Source of the DNA: an uncultured Pseudomonadota bacterium
Lineage (GTDB): Bacteria > SAR324 > NAC60-12
DNA: 55,678 nucleotides
NCBI GenBank assembly: GCA_913020725.1
Contig: CAJWCD010000005.1
Location: 1 to 55,678, forward strand
Direction: 5' to 3'
Program-made: the position numbers and the translations under genes
Notes under the pieces: generated by a model
The model's input: the letters and a program-made list of their open reading frames with translations, nothing else
Database searches by the model: none
What the model was told of the DNA's origin: nothing
In this document: positions 48,587 through 55,678 of the stretch, piece after piece
Numbering within the stretch: position 1 is the first letter of the stretch
How the letters are laid out: the number at the start of each line of letters is the position of its first letter

Positions 48587-50263
48587 TCAGAACAACTGCT
48601 TGCGCTTGTTGGAGGGCAAAATATTCAATGCTTCACGATACTTCGCAACGGTGCGCCGTGCAACCTTGATGTTGCTGCGATGGTAGAGGATTTCGGCAAT
48701 CTGGAGGTCGGTGAAGGGTGTTTTCACGTCCTCGCCCTGCACCAAATGCTGGATCATATCCTTGATGCGCTTGGACGAAACCGCCTCGCCGCTGACTTGT
48801 TCGATACCGCTGGTGAAGAAGTACTTGAGTTCGAAGATACCCTGCGGGGTGTGGACATACTTGTTGGTGGTGATACGGCTGACCGTGGATTCGTGGACGT
48901 CGATGTTCTCTGCCACATCCTTGAGGACGAGCGGTTTAAGGAAGTGGATGCCCCGGTCGAAGAACTCCTCCTGAAAGCGGAGGATGCTCTTGGTGACGCG
49001 GTAGATCGTCTTCTGGCGCTGTTCGATACTCTTCATCAGCCACTGCCCCGCTTTGATTTTCTCCTGAATGTACTCCTTGGTGAGCTGGCCGTCTTCGGCC
49101 ATCGAGTCACACAACTCCCGGTAGTACTGGTTGATCCGCAGACGCGGGATGCCGTTGGCGTTGAGGGCGACCTTGTACTCCCCGGCGTTCTGGTAGATGT
49201 ACACGTCTGGGATGATGTAGTTGTGCGCGGAGGTGGGGACGAAGGAGCGTCCGGGCTTGGGTTCGAGGGACATGATGTGCTTGTACGCTTCGATCACGTC
49301 ATCAAGCTCCTGCTTCTGACGGCGGGCGATGCGGCGCAGGTCCTTGGACTCCAAGAGGTCCATGTCGTCTTCGATGATGCGGTAGCTGAGGCTGTCCACC
49401 TGTTCGGCGTGGCGAAGCTGGATGAGCAGACACTCCTGCAAGCTACGCGCACCAACACCACTGGGTTCGAAAGTCTGGATGCACTCCAGCACATGTTCCA
49501 CAAAGCAGCCAACCTCATGCCGCACCTCTAGCACTTCAGGTTCCGGTTCTTCGGGATCGTTTTCTTCTTCAAACACGGGTGGTTCGGGCTTGCGGCTGCG
49601 TCGTACCTGCGTCGCCCGTTCTGGCAGGAACTTCCAGCCAAAGCGTTCGGGAGCAACCTCGACCTCCCACGGAATCGTGCTCCAACGCTGCATGATGCGC
49701 TCGTGGAGGTCTGGCTGCGCCTGTAGAAGTTCCCGGATGGCCGTGACCAGATAACCGTCGTCCTCGATGTTGCCAATCAGATGGACCCCAACCTCGTACT
49801 CCAATTGGTCCAGCACTTCAAAATCCAACTGCCAACGCAAATTGTCTGCGAGCGATTCACCCTGCGCGAGCGTGGCCTCCAGTGACGGCAGTTCGTCATC
49901 GCCCCCTCCGCCACTGCTGCGGTAGGAGTAACCTCCGAACTGGTCGATTTGCTCGACATACTGTTGCCAGTCGATTTCGTCCTGATCTTTTTCTTCCTTC
50001 TTCTCCTCGCGTGCCGTTTCAAAGGCTTCGGTGTCGGTCGTGGTTTCCGGAGCGTCGGTGGAGTCTTGGGCGTTGTCTTCTTCGGAAGGATAGGTGTCGA
50101 TGTCCATGCCTTCCTCCAAGACCGGGTTTTCCTGGAGAGTTTGGTCGATCAGTTCCTCCAGTTCGGTGCGGGAGAGCTGGAGTAGTTTGATCGCCTGTTG
50201 AAGTTGCGGGGTCATGATGAGCTGCTGGGACAGCTTCATCTGCAACTTCATGTGCATGGCCAT
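48587..50263 (-). CDS. rpoN: RNA polymerase sigma-54 factor
   Basis: 'TPQLQQAIKLLQL', 'GVGARSLQECL', 'HESTVSR', RpoN box 'ARRTVAKYRE'. Confidence 0.97.
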   Translation of the reverse strand: MAMHMKLQMKLSQQLIMTPQLQQAIKLLQLSRTELEELIDQTLQENPVLEEGMDIDTYPSEEDNAQDSTDAPETTTDTEAFETAREEKKEEKDQDEIDWQQYVEQIDQFGGYSYRSSGGGGDDELPSLEATLAQGESLADNLRWQLDFEVLDQLEYEVGVHLIGNIEDDGYLVTAIRELLQAQPDLHERIMQRWSTIPWEVEVAPERFGWKFLPERATQVRRSRKPEPPVFEEENDPEEPEPEVLEVRHEVGCFVEHVLECIQTFEPSGVGARSLQECLLIQLRHAEQVDSLSYRIIEDDMDLLESKDLRRIARRQKQELDDVIEAYKHIMSLEPKPGRSFVPTSAHNYIIPDVYIYQNAGEYKVALNANGIPRLRINQYYRELCDSMAEDGQLTKEYIQEKIKAGQWLMKSIEQRQKTIYRVTKSILRFQEEFFDRGIHFLKPLVLKDVAENIDVHESTVSRITTNKYVHTPQGIFELKYFFTSGIEQVSGEAVSSKRIKDMIQHLVQGEDVKTPFTDLQIAEILYHRSNIKVARRTVAKYREALNILPSNKRKQLF

Positions 50264-50338
50264 GGGGACTCGCGGATTGGGGTGACTTCAAGGGCCTCTC
50301 GGCGGTATCCTGCACTTGTGCAAGGAGCTTGCCGAGGA

Positions 50339-50354
50339 TGGCACTCTACTTGCT
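50339..50354 (+). promoter_or_regulatory. Perfect sigma54 consensus site, opposite strand to rpoN
   Basis: TGGCAC-TCTAC-TTGCT matches TGGCAC-N5-TTGCW. Confidence 0.8.
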
Positions 50355-50371
50355 ATTTATAATGTCGCCAA
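50343..50371 (-). promoter_or_regulatory. Putative sigma70 promoter of rpoN
   Basis: TTGGCG-17 nt-TAGAGT on the minus strand. Confidence 0.4.
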
Positions 50372-50407
50372 AAAAGTCAACATCGAAGCGAACATTTGGT
50401 TGGTGGC

Positions 50408-52294
50408 TCAAGCGCGACGGCGTCCGGGAATACGCCGTTGGTAAGAGATGATGCCGAACACGCCAACCAAGAACGGAATCGCCACAAGGTTGAGGACAAA
50501 CAGCGTGTGGCCCAGCGATTCGATGTCCTGCCGCAGAATCTTGCGCACCTCGCGGAGCTTGCGACGGGTCTGACGTTCCTCATCCCGGAACTTGTGGATC
50601 TCCTCCTGCACCTCCGGAGGCAGAATCACCTCCTTGCGTCCGGACTTGCCAATGCGCTGCTGAAGGCTGCTGAGGCGCTTCTGCACCTCCTCCAGCTTGG
50701 CGAGTAGCAGTTGTTCCTCAGCCTGATACTTGATTTGGGCGTCACGCTGCATCGCTAACAGGCGGGTGAAGGGGCGGCTGAACTGCCCCCGCGAGCGAAT
50801 GCTCATCAGCGCCTCGCTTCCGGAGAGGTACTCGACTGCGTTGAGCATGAGGTTGAGGTTGTCGTTGGTGGGCTGGACAATGGTTTTTCCGAGGAAACTT
50901 AGCTTCTGCACCGAGAATGAATCCGAAAGGAAATCGGTATCCGTGATCACGAGGATGGAGTTGCGTTGCTTGGCTTCAGCAAGGTGTTCGCGCTTCATCG
51001 GCGTGTCCGGAGCCGTGTCCTCGCCTTCCGTTGGCTCTTTGGGTGGTCGCCCTTCCGGAAACGCTGTTTTGAAAGTATCGGTGAAAAGCGCCATCAGAAT
51101 GTGCTCCTGCTCGTCCGGTTTGAGATCGCGGATGAGTTGCTGAGGCTGCATGGAACGCAGGAACGTGGCATTGAGGGTGCCGCTGTCTTTGGTCGTGGTC
51201 AGCAGAGGCGTGACTTCCGCGCTACTGCCCTCGGCTTTTGTCACACTGCCCCCCTCGACAAACAGCAGGCTTTCAAGCTGTGTGGTGAGGGGGTGATCCT
51301 GCACCAGCGCAGCACTGGTGAGCGAAAGCCAGATCGGAAAGCGCAGCACCCCCGCTTGCGTGTTGACTTCCGTGGCGTACTGGAAATCGCCGACCACCTC
51401 TTCCGGTTCGTAGCCGATGCTCCACGCATCGAGCAATCCGGGTAGGCGGCTTTGCAGGATGGGTGGTCGCCCCATGCGGTTCATCGGACTCATCGCATCC
51501 GCACGGGAATTCGAGTCTAGCAACAGGATGATTCGCCCCCCGTGCAAAACATACTGATCCAACGCGTAACGAGTGCGGTCGGCAAAGCCCTTGGGATGGA
51601 TCACGAGCAGCACACTGATGTCTTCCGCAATTTCCTCGACTCCAACATCCAGTATTTCGACATTGACGATCTTTTCCAATTCGGTGAGAAACGCCCATTT
51701 CTCCGAGGGCGGTTGCCCTTGCATAAGCGGAGGTCCACCCTGCAAGTTGAGGGTGGAGAGGATGCCAACTTTTTCGGCCTGCGTCAGCGAAGCCTTGTGG
51801 ATCGCCAGCGTGAGGTCGTATTCGAGGAAACGCTCCCGCCGAGGGTCGAAGAAGGGCAAGGCAACTTCCTGATCCAACACCATGACCACGGCTCCGAAAT
51901 ACACCGGAGTGCCACTAGGAAGCGTTATGGGACTGATGCCGTATTTCTGTGCCCAGTCCTCCTCGTCCGAATCCGGCTTGGGGTCAAACACTTCCAAAGT
52001 TACCTTGCCGCCGGAAACCACCTCGATCTCTCCCAACAATTCCTGCACACGCTGAGCGTAGATCTTAAGGTTCGGGGTCAGTTCCGCGCTGCTTCGAGAG
52101 AAATAGAACTTGATGCGCACGGGGTCTTGCAAGCCCTCCAGCACCGAGCGGGTACCCTTGGCGATGGTGTAGAGCCGATCCTCGGTGATGTCAAGCCGCA
52201 CCGGGAGAAAGAAGGCGATCACGTTGACCGCGATCAGGCAGACCAAGAGCAGAAGGAGGGTGAGGCCGGTTTTGGACCAGTGTCCAGAAGTCAT
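50408..52294 (-). CDS. GldG-like ABC transporter auxiliary component
   Basis: 'RLDITEDRLYTI', 'LEYDLT', 'ALDQYVLHGG', 'DTDFLSD', 'NAVEYL', C-terminal coiled coil and TM. Confidence 0.85.
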   Translation of the reverse strand: MTSGHWSKTGLTLLLLLVCLIAVNVIAFFLPVRLDITEDRLYTIAKGTRSVLEGLQDPVRIKFYFSRSSAELTPNLKIYAQRVQELLGEIEVVSGGKVTLEVFDPKPDSDEEDWAQKYGISPITLPSGTPVYFGAVVMVLDQEVALPFFDPRRERFLEYDLTLAIHKASLTQAEKVGILSTLNLQGGPPLMQGQPPSEKWAFLTELEKIVNVEILDVGVEEIAEDISVLLVIHPKGFADRTRYALDQYVLHGGRIILLLDSNSRADAMSPMNRMGRPPILQSRLPGLLDAWSIGYEPEEVVGDFQYATEVNTQAGVLRFPIWLSLTSAALVQDHPLTTQLESLLFVEGGSVTKAEGSSAEVTPLLTTTKDSGTLNATFLRSMQPQQLIRDLKPDEQEHILMALFTDTFKTAFPEGRPPKEPTEGEDTAPDTPMKREHLAEAKQRNSILVITDTDFLSDSFSVQKLSFLGKTIVQPTNDNLNLMLNAVEYLSGSEALMSIRSRGQFSRPFTRLLAMQRDAQIKYQAEEQLLLAKLEEVQKRLSSLQQRIGKSGRKEVILPPEVQEEIHKFRDEERQTRRKLREVRKILRQDIESLGHTLFVLNLVAIPFLVGVFGIISYQRRIPGRRRA

Positions 52295-52364
52295 TGCTGG
52301 TTGTCGGTTAGTTGGTTGTCGGTTATTGGTTTTCAGTTTTCGGTGATTTGGTACTGGCTATCGG
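52294..52364. repeat. Degenerate tandem heptamer repeat (TTrTyGG / TTTTCrG)
   Basis: TTGCTGG TTGTCGG TTAGTTGG TTGTCGG TTATTGG TTTTCAG TTTTCGG ... CTATCGG. Confidence 0.7.
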
Positions 52365-52413
52365 TTGTTACTTGCTGACCACTGAGTGCTGCAAACTGAC
52401 CACCTAATTCAAA

Positions 52414-53148
52414 TCAAGAGGCTTTGCGGGATTCAAGCACGACCACATTGACGAGCAGCATGAAACCGATGACGGAGAGGAAGTACACTAAATCTCGCAG
52501 GTCAATCACACCACGGCGCAGGGCTTCAAAATGGGTGGTGAAACTGAACTGCGCAATCAAATCGGTGAGCCAGACGGGTAGAATCGTGTTGAGTGCTTCG
52601 GACATCACCCCCCAACCGAGCAACACCAAAACAAGGCAGATAACGACACTGAGGATAAAGCTGATCACCTGATTCTTTGTGAGGGCCGAGGTGCAACTGG
52701 CCACCGCCAGATAAGCACCCGCCATCAGCAGACTGCCGAGGTAACCCGCCACAATGGGGCCGTTGTCCGGCTCGCCCAAGTAGTGCACGGTGAAGATCAT
52801 CGGAAACGTGAGAACCAGTGCGACCGCGATAAACGCCCACGCCGCCAGGAATTTGGCCAGCACCGCTGTGATCAGCCGCACCGGCAGGGTGAGCAACAGT
52901 TCCACAGTTCCGGAATGACGTTCCTCTGCCCAGAGCCGCATCCCCACCGCCGGGATCAAGAAGAGGTAGAGCCACGGATGGAAGAGGAAGAACAACTCTA
53001 GGCTCGCCTGCTGAGAGTCGTAGTAGTTTCCGAGCAGAAAGGTGCAGCCCGCGTTGGCCACCAAGAAGATGACGATGAACACATACGCAACGGGCGAGCG
53101 GAAGTACGCCAGCAGTTCGCGCTTGAGAATCGGAATGAGGCCGTTCAT
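52414..53148 (-). CDS. ABC transporter permease (GldF-like)
   Basis: 'KREL..YF.SPVAY', 'MRLWAEERHSGTVELLLT', 'TKNQ', 'RGVIDLRD'. Confidence 0.9.
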   Translation of the reverse strand: MNGLIPILKRELLAYFRSPVAYVFIVIFLVANAGCTFLLGNYYDSQQASLELFFLFHPWLYLFLIPAVGMRLWAEERHSGTVELLLTLPVRLITAVLAKFLAAWAFIAVALVLTFPMIFTVHYLGEPDNGPIVAGYLGSLLMAGAYLAVASCTSALTKNQVISFILSVVICLVLVLLGWGVMSEALNTILPVWLTDLIAQFSFTTHFEALRRGVIDLRDLVYFLSVIGFMLLVNVVVLESRKAS

Positions 53149-53256
53149 GGGTTTTCTAGTTTTCAGTGGTCAGTGGTCAGCGGACGGTTTTGCTGTTCGT
53201 GAACGGGGGCGCCACCACATCAGGATTTCGGATGATTGGTTTCCAGGAATTCGGAA

Positions 53257-54201
53257 TCAGGCGGCAGCTTGGGTGAGCTTGCGGAACACCTCGTCCAGCC
53301 GTCCGCGTTCGACATAAAACTGCTCCGGAATCAGCTTGCGGGAGGAGACGTACTCCTGAACTTCGGAGGTGATCGTGCGTCCGGACTGCGGGAAAATCCG
53401 TACACTTGCAAGCCCAGCAGAGGATTCCGAAAGAATTTTCTCGACACGAGAAACCGAGTCGATCCGTTCCAGTTCCTCTTGCATCTGATCCGGATTGGCG
53501 TCGCGGACGCTGAGGGTCACGGCGTTATGGTACTCCGATTTTTCCAGCAACTCGTCCGGAGTGCCGTAGCCCACCAACTTTCCGGAGGCGATGATCAACG
53601 CCCGTGTGCAGACCGCCTCCACCTCCTCAAGGATGTGGGTGGAAACGAGAATGGTACGGTCAGCACTCATGCGTTGGATGAGGTTGCGCACCTCGTGCTT
53701 CTGGTTGGGATCAAGGCCATCGGTCGGTTCGTCCAAAACAAGCACGGGCGGGTCGTGTAGCAACGCCTGTGCAAGGCAAGTGCGCTGGCGGTAGCCCTTG
53801 GAGAGCGTGTCAATCAGTTGCGTCTGCACCTCGGTGAGTCCGGTGGTGGCGAGGACGTACGCTATACGCTTCGCCAAATCCTTGCCGGAAAATCCCCGGA
53901 CTTCGCCGATGAACTGCAAAAATTCCTCGACAAGCATCTCGCTGTACGAAGGAGCGCTCTCCGGCAGGTAGCCGATGTTGAGTTGCGCCTTCAGCGGTTC
54001 GTTGAGGATGCTGTGTCCGCACACGGTCGCATCCCCGGAGCTGGGGGTGAGGAAGCCCGTGAGCATCTTCATCGTGGTGGATTTTCCAGCACCGTTTGGT
54101 CCCAGAAATCCCAACACCTCTCCGCGCTCGACGCTGAAGGAGATTTCGTGGACGGCCTGTATGGCACCAAATTGCTTGCTCAGTTTCTGGACATGAATCA
54201 T
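53257..54201 (-). CDS. ABC transporter ATP-binding protein (GldA-like)
   Basis: 'GPNGAGKST', 'LSKGYRQR', 'LDEPTDGLDP', 'STH'. Confidence 0.93.
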   Translation of the reverse strand: MIHVQKLSKQFGAIQAVHEISFSVERGEVLGFLGPNGAGKSTTMKMLTGFLTPSSGDATVCGHSILNEPLKAQLNIGYLPESAPSYSEMLVEEFLQFIGEVRGFSGKDLAKRIAYVLATTGLTEVQTQLIDTLSKGYRQRTCLAQALLHDPPVLVLDEPTDGLDPNQKHEVRNLIQRMSADRTILVSTHILEEVEAVCTRALIIASGKLVGYGTPDELLEKSEYHNAVTLSVRDANPDQMQEELERIDSVSRVEKILSESSAGLASVRIFPQSGRTITSEVQEYVSSRKLIPEQFYVERGRLDEVFRKLTQAAA

Positions 54202-54316
54202 CGTTTCGGGTCCGTGACAAATTCTGGAGTCAAAGTCTCAAATGTTATCTGACATTACTACAATTTTTCGCTCATATTGCAAGCATTCTATCAGGAGCAA
54301 GCAGACACAGCAGCGG

Positions 54317-54883
54317 TCAACCCGTTGGAATGCGGTTTCCGCCCTGAGCGAGGTAGGCGCTTCTGGCCTCAGCCAGTCCGGACGTTGAGCCTTTTGCGCT
54401 GAGTTGGTTTTGCAGATCGTCTTCCAAGAGCAGGCCAAACTGTGTGGTGCGCTCCAGTTGTTGCAGCAACACTTCCGGAACGAAAAAGACTGTCGAGATT
54501 GATTGGAGAATGCCGTCAAGATCGTTGCGACCATTGATTGCCACAAGTGCAACGGATTCGCCACTGTCGGTCCGGAAGGTGATTTTAGCTTGAGCGGCCA
54601 GTGGGAGTAGCGTGTTCCAGTGCAGTTCCGCTACCCAACCGTAACGTGCCTGCCGGGAGAACATCAGGAAAACAGGGTGCTCCGGAAGCGCCTCCGAACG
54701 GAGGGTTCCCAGCACCCCGCCGTTGCCATGCCCGCAAGCCCGGAAGAAAAGAGTGCGGGCGTCCTGCACACAGTTGCGGAACCCGCTGATCGCTTCCCAC
54801 TCAGCCCAAGCTGAAGTTCCCCAGCAGAGCAGCAGAGCGGCGCCACACACACTCAGTCGGCGTCGGTTTTGAGTCCGCAGCAT
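54317..54883 (-). CDS. Hypothetical exported protein
   Basis: Signal peptide ending 'AWA'; fills the gap in operon orientation. Confidence 0.55.
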   Translation of the reverse strand: MLRTQNRRRLSVCGAALLLCWGTSAWAEWEAISGFRNCVQDARTLFFRACGHGNGGVLGTLRSEALPEHPVFLMFSRQARYGWVAELHWNTLLPLAAQAKITFRTDSGESVALVAINGRNDLDGILQSISTVFFVPEVLLQQLERTTQFGLLLEDDLQNQLSAKGSTSGLAEARSAYLAQGGNRIPTG

Positions 54884-54890
54884 TCAGGAG

Positions 54891-55199
54891 TCATCTTTGG
54901 AGCAGAGAGGGGTGAGTGCGAGCCTTGGCGATGAAACTTGGATTCACCTGCCCCTTGGACATGGCATCGGAAGAACGAATCCGCTTGCCCGCCGGAGTTG
55001 TGGCAGGGGTGTATTTCCCGCCAGATCGGCCAATGCGAGTGGATGCGGCTTGCATGAAAGCGAGCCGCTTCGCCCACAGGCTCAGGTAGGCTTCGTCGTA
55101 GATCGAGGGAGAGGCCGTGGCGGATTGGGGAGGTTCTTGAGCCAACACCAAGGTGCTGCCGAACAGTAGTGCGGCGAGCAGAATCAGATAGATGCGCAT
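54891..55199 (-). CDS. Hypothetical small exported protein
   Basis: AAAGGAGG RBS; 'MRIYLILLAALLFGSTLVLA' signal peptide. Confidence 0.6.
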   Translation of the reverse strand: MRIYLILLAALLFGSTLVLAQEPPQSATASPSIYDEAYLSLWAKRLAFMQAASTRIGRSGGKYTPATTPAGKRIRSSDAMSKGQVNPSFIAKARTHPSLLQR

Positions 55200-55218
55200 G
55201 TGCCCTCCTTTGGGAAGC

Positions 55219-55287
55219 GGGTCGTGTCCGGAACACCGCCCAATCAGGGCTGGACGAAACACCAGCCCACGGTCTCCGGAATGACCC
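55219..55287. other. Long interrupted stem-loop in the leader of the 55199 gene
   Basis: Nested pairs GGGTC/GACCC, TCCGGA/TCCGGA, ACCG/CGGT, GGGCTGG/CCAGCCC. Confidence 0.6.
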
Positions 55288-55537
55288 ATTTCTTTCAAAC
55301 TAGCGGAAATTTCGGCTGGGGTCAACTCCGAAACGGGGAAATCCCGACGCTTTTTGCCAATGGATAGTCCCCGAATATTTCAGCAACTTGGGCATCAGTT
55401 CCCATGGATGAAGGGGGGTGCTGCAAAAAAAATGCTGTTTAAGTCTTGAAATTTTCGGGAGGGAGGGTAAAAAAATTCGTGATTTCTTCCACTCCGGGAA
55501 GGATTTGCGAACCTGACCTTTTTCCCAAGAGGTTCCC

Positions 55538-55678
55538 ATGCGCAAGTCATTCGTCCTCGCCCTCATCACCCTGATTCCCCTCTCCACAAGTGCCGATCAG
55601 TTTTCGATACTTTCGGACTCATATATCGCAACTTCAAGGCGGGCTTTGAGGACACCCTCATCGAAACCGCCTGCGGAC
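55538..55678 (+). CDS. Partial exported protein (runs off the window)
   Basis: GAGG RBS; 'MRKSFVLALITLIPLSTSA' signal-peptide-like; open to the end of the window. Confidence 0.5.
   Translation, partial: MRKSFVLALITLIPLSTSADQFSILSDSYIATSRRALRTPSSKPPAD

Noticed and set aside
4867-49531. Long antisense or alternate-frame ORFs (for example 4867-5808, 14347-15489, 17409-18545, 20461-21561, 28494-29612, 41317-42375, 43116-44192, 48566-49531)
   Set aside because: These are shadow frames of well-supported genes in GC-rich DNA, with no recognisable motifs.
55240-55275. Hammerhead ribozyme suggested by GGACGAAAC
   Set aside because: There is no CUGAnGA core on the same strand; the CTGAT lies on the opposite strand.
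55300-55430. c-di-GMP or cobalamin riboswitch (GAAA loop, GACGC, GGCAAA)
   Set aside because: The motif order and strand do not fit the consensus as I know it. An Rfam scan would settle it.
55595-55678. Possible frameshift in the last partial ORF (an alternative frame reads FDTFGLIYRNFKAGFEDTLIETACG)
   Set aside because: Both frames are open to the window edge, so this cannot be resolved here.
1-55678. CRISPR array, tRNA/rRNA, IS or prophage genes
   Set aside because: I saw no regularly spaced repeats, cloverleaf signatures, or transposase, integrase or phage motifs.

Overview
Mostly core bacterial chromosome, GC-rich except for one AT-rich insert. The gene styles suggest a Deltaproteobacteria-like lineage such as SAR324 (inference, not verified). 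The window holds about 48 protein genes in short, heavily shuffled units: recJ, recX, trmB, glnS, yceD-rpmF-plsX, trpD, icmF, gcdH, ccmH, wcaJ, dus, fliG, a trpC-like gene, ispB, gspE, pckA, mutS, coaD, rpoN-pspA-rpsU and a GldAFG-like ABC system. I saw no rRNA, tRNA, CRISPR array or transposase. The supplied ORF track misses several things. (1) A 73-aa SelW/Rdx selenoprotein (CxxU) with an in-frame UGA and a textbook bacterial SECIS hairpin (47294-47515). (2) Two decayed toxin-antitoxin modules: a frameshifted DUF4258/YgiT pair, and a BrnT-BrnA deletion chimera flanked by 20-bp direct repeats. (3) A perfect sigma54 site on the opposite strand, overlapping the probable sigma70 promoter of rpoN. 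(4) Strong window-wide over-representation of the palindrome TCCGGA, resembling a highly iterated palindrome (HIP), which is absent from the AT-rich, apparently foreign eptA gene. Several proteins also have unusual architectures or altered catalytic motifs.
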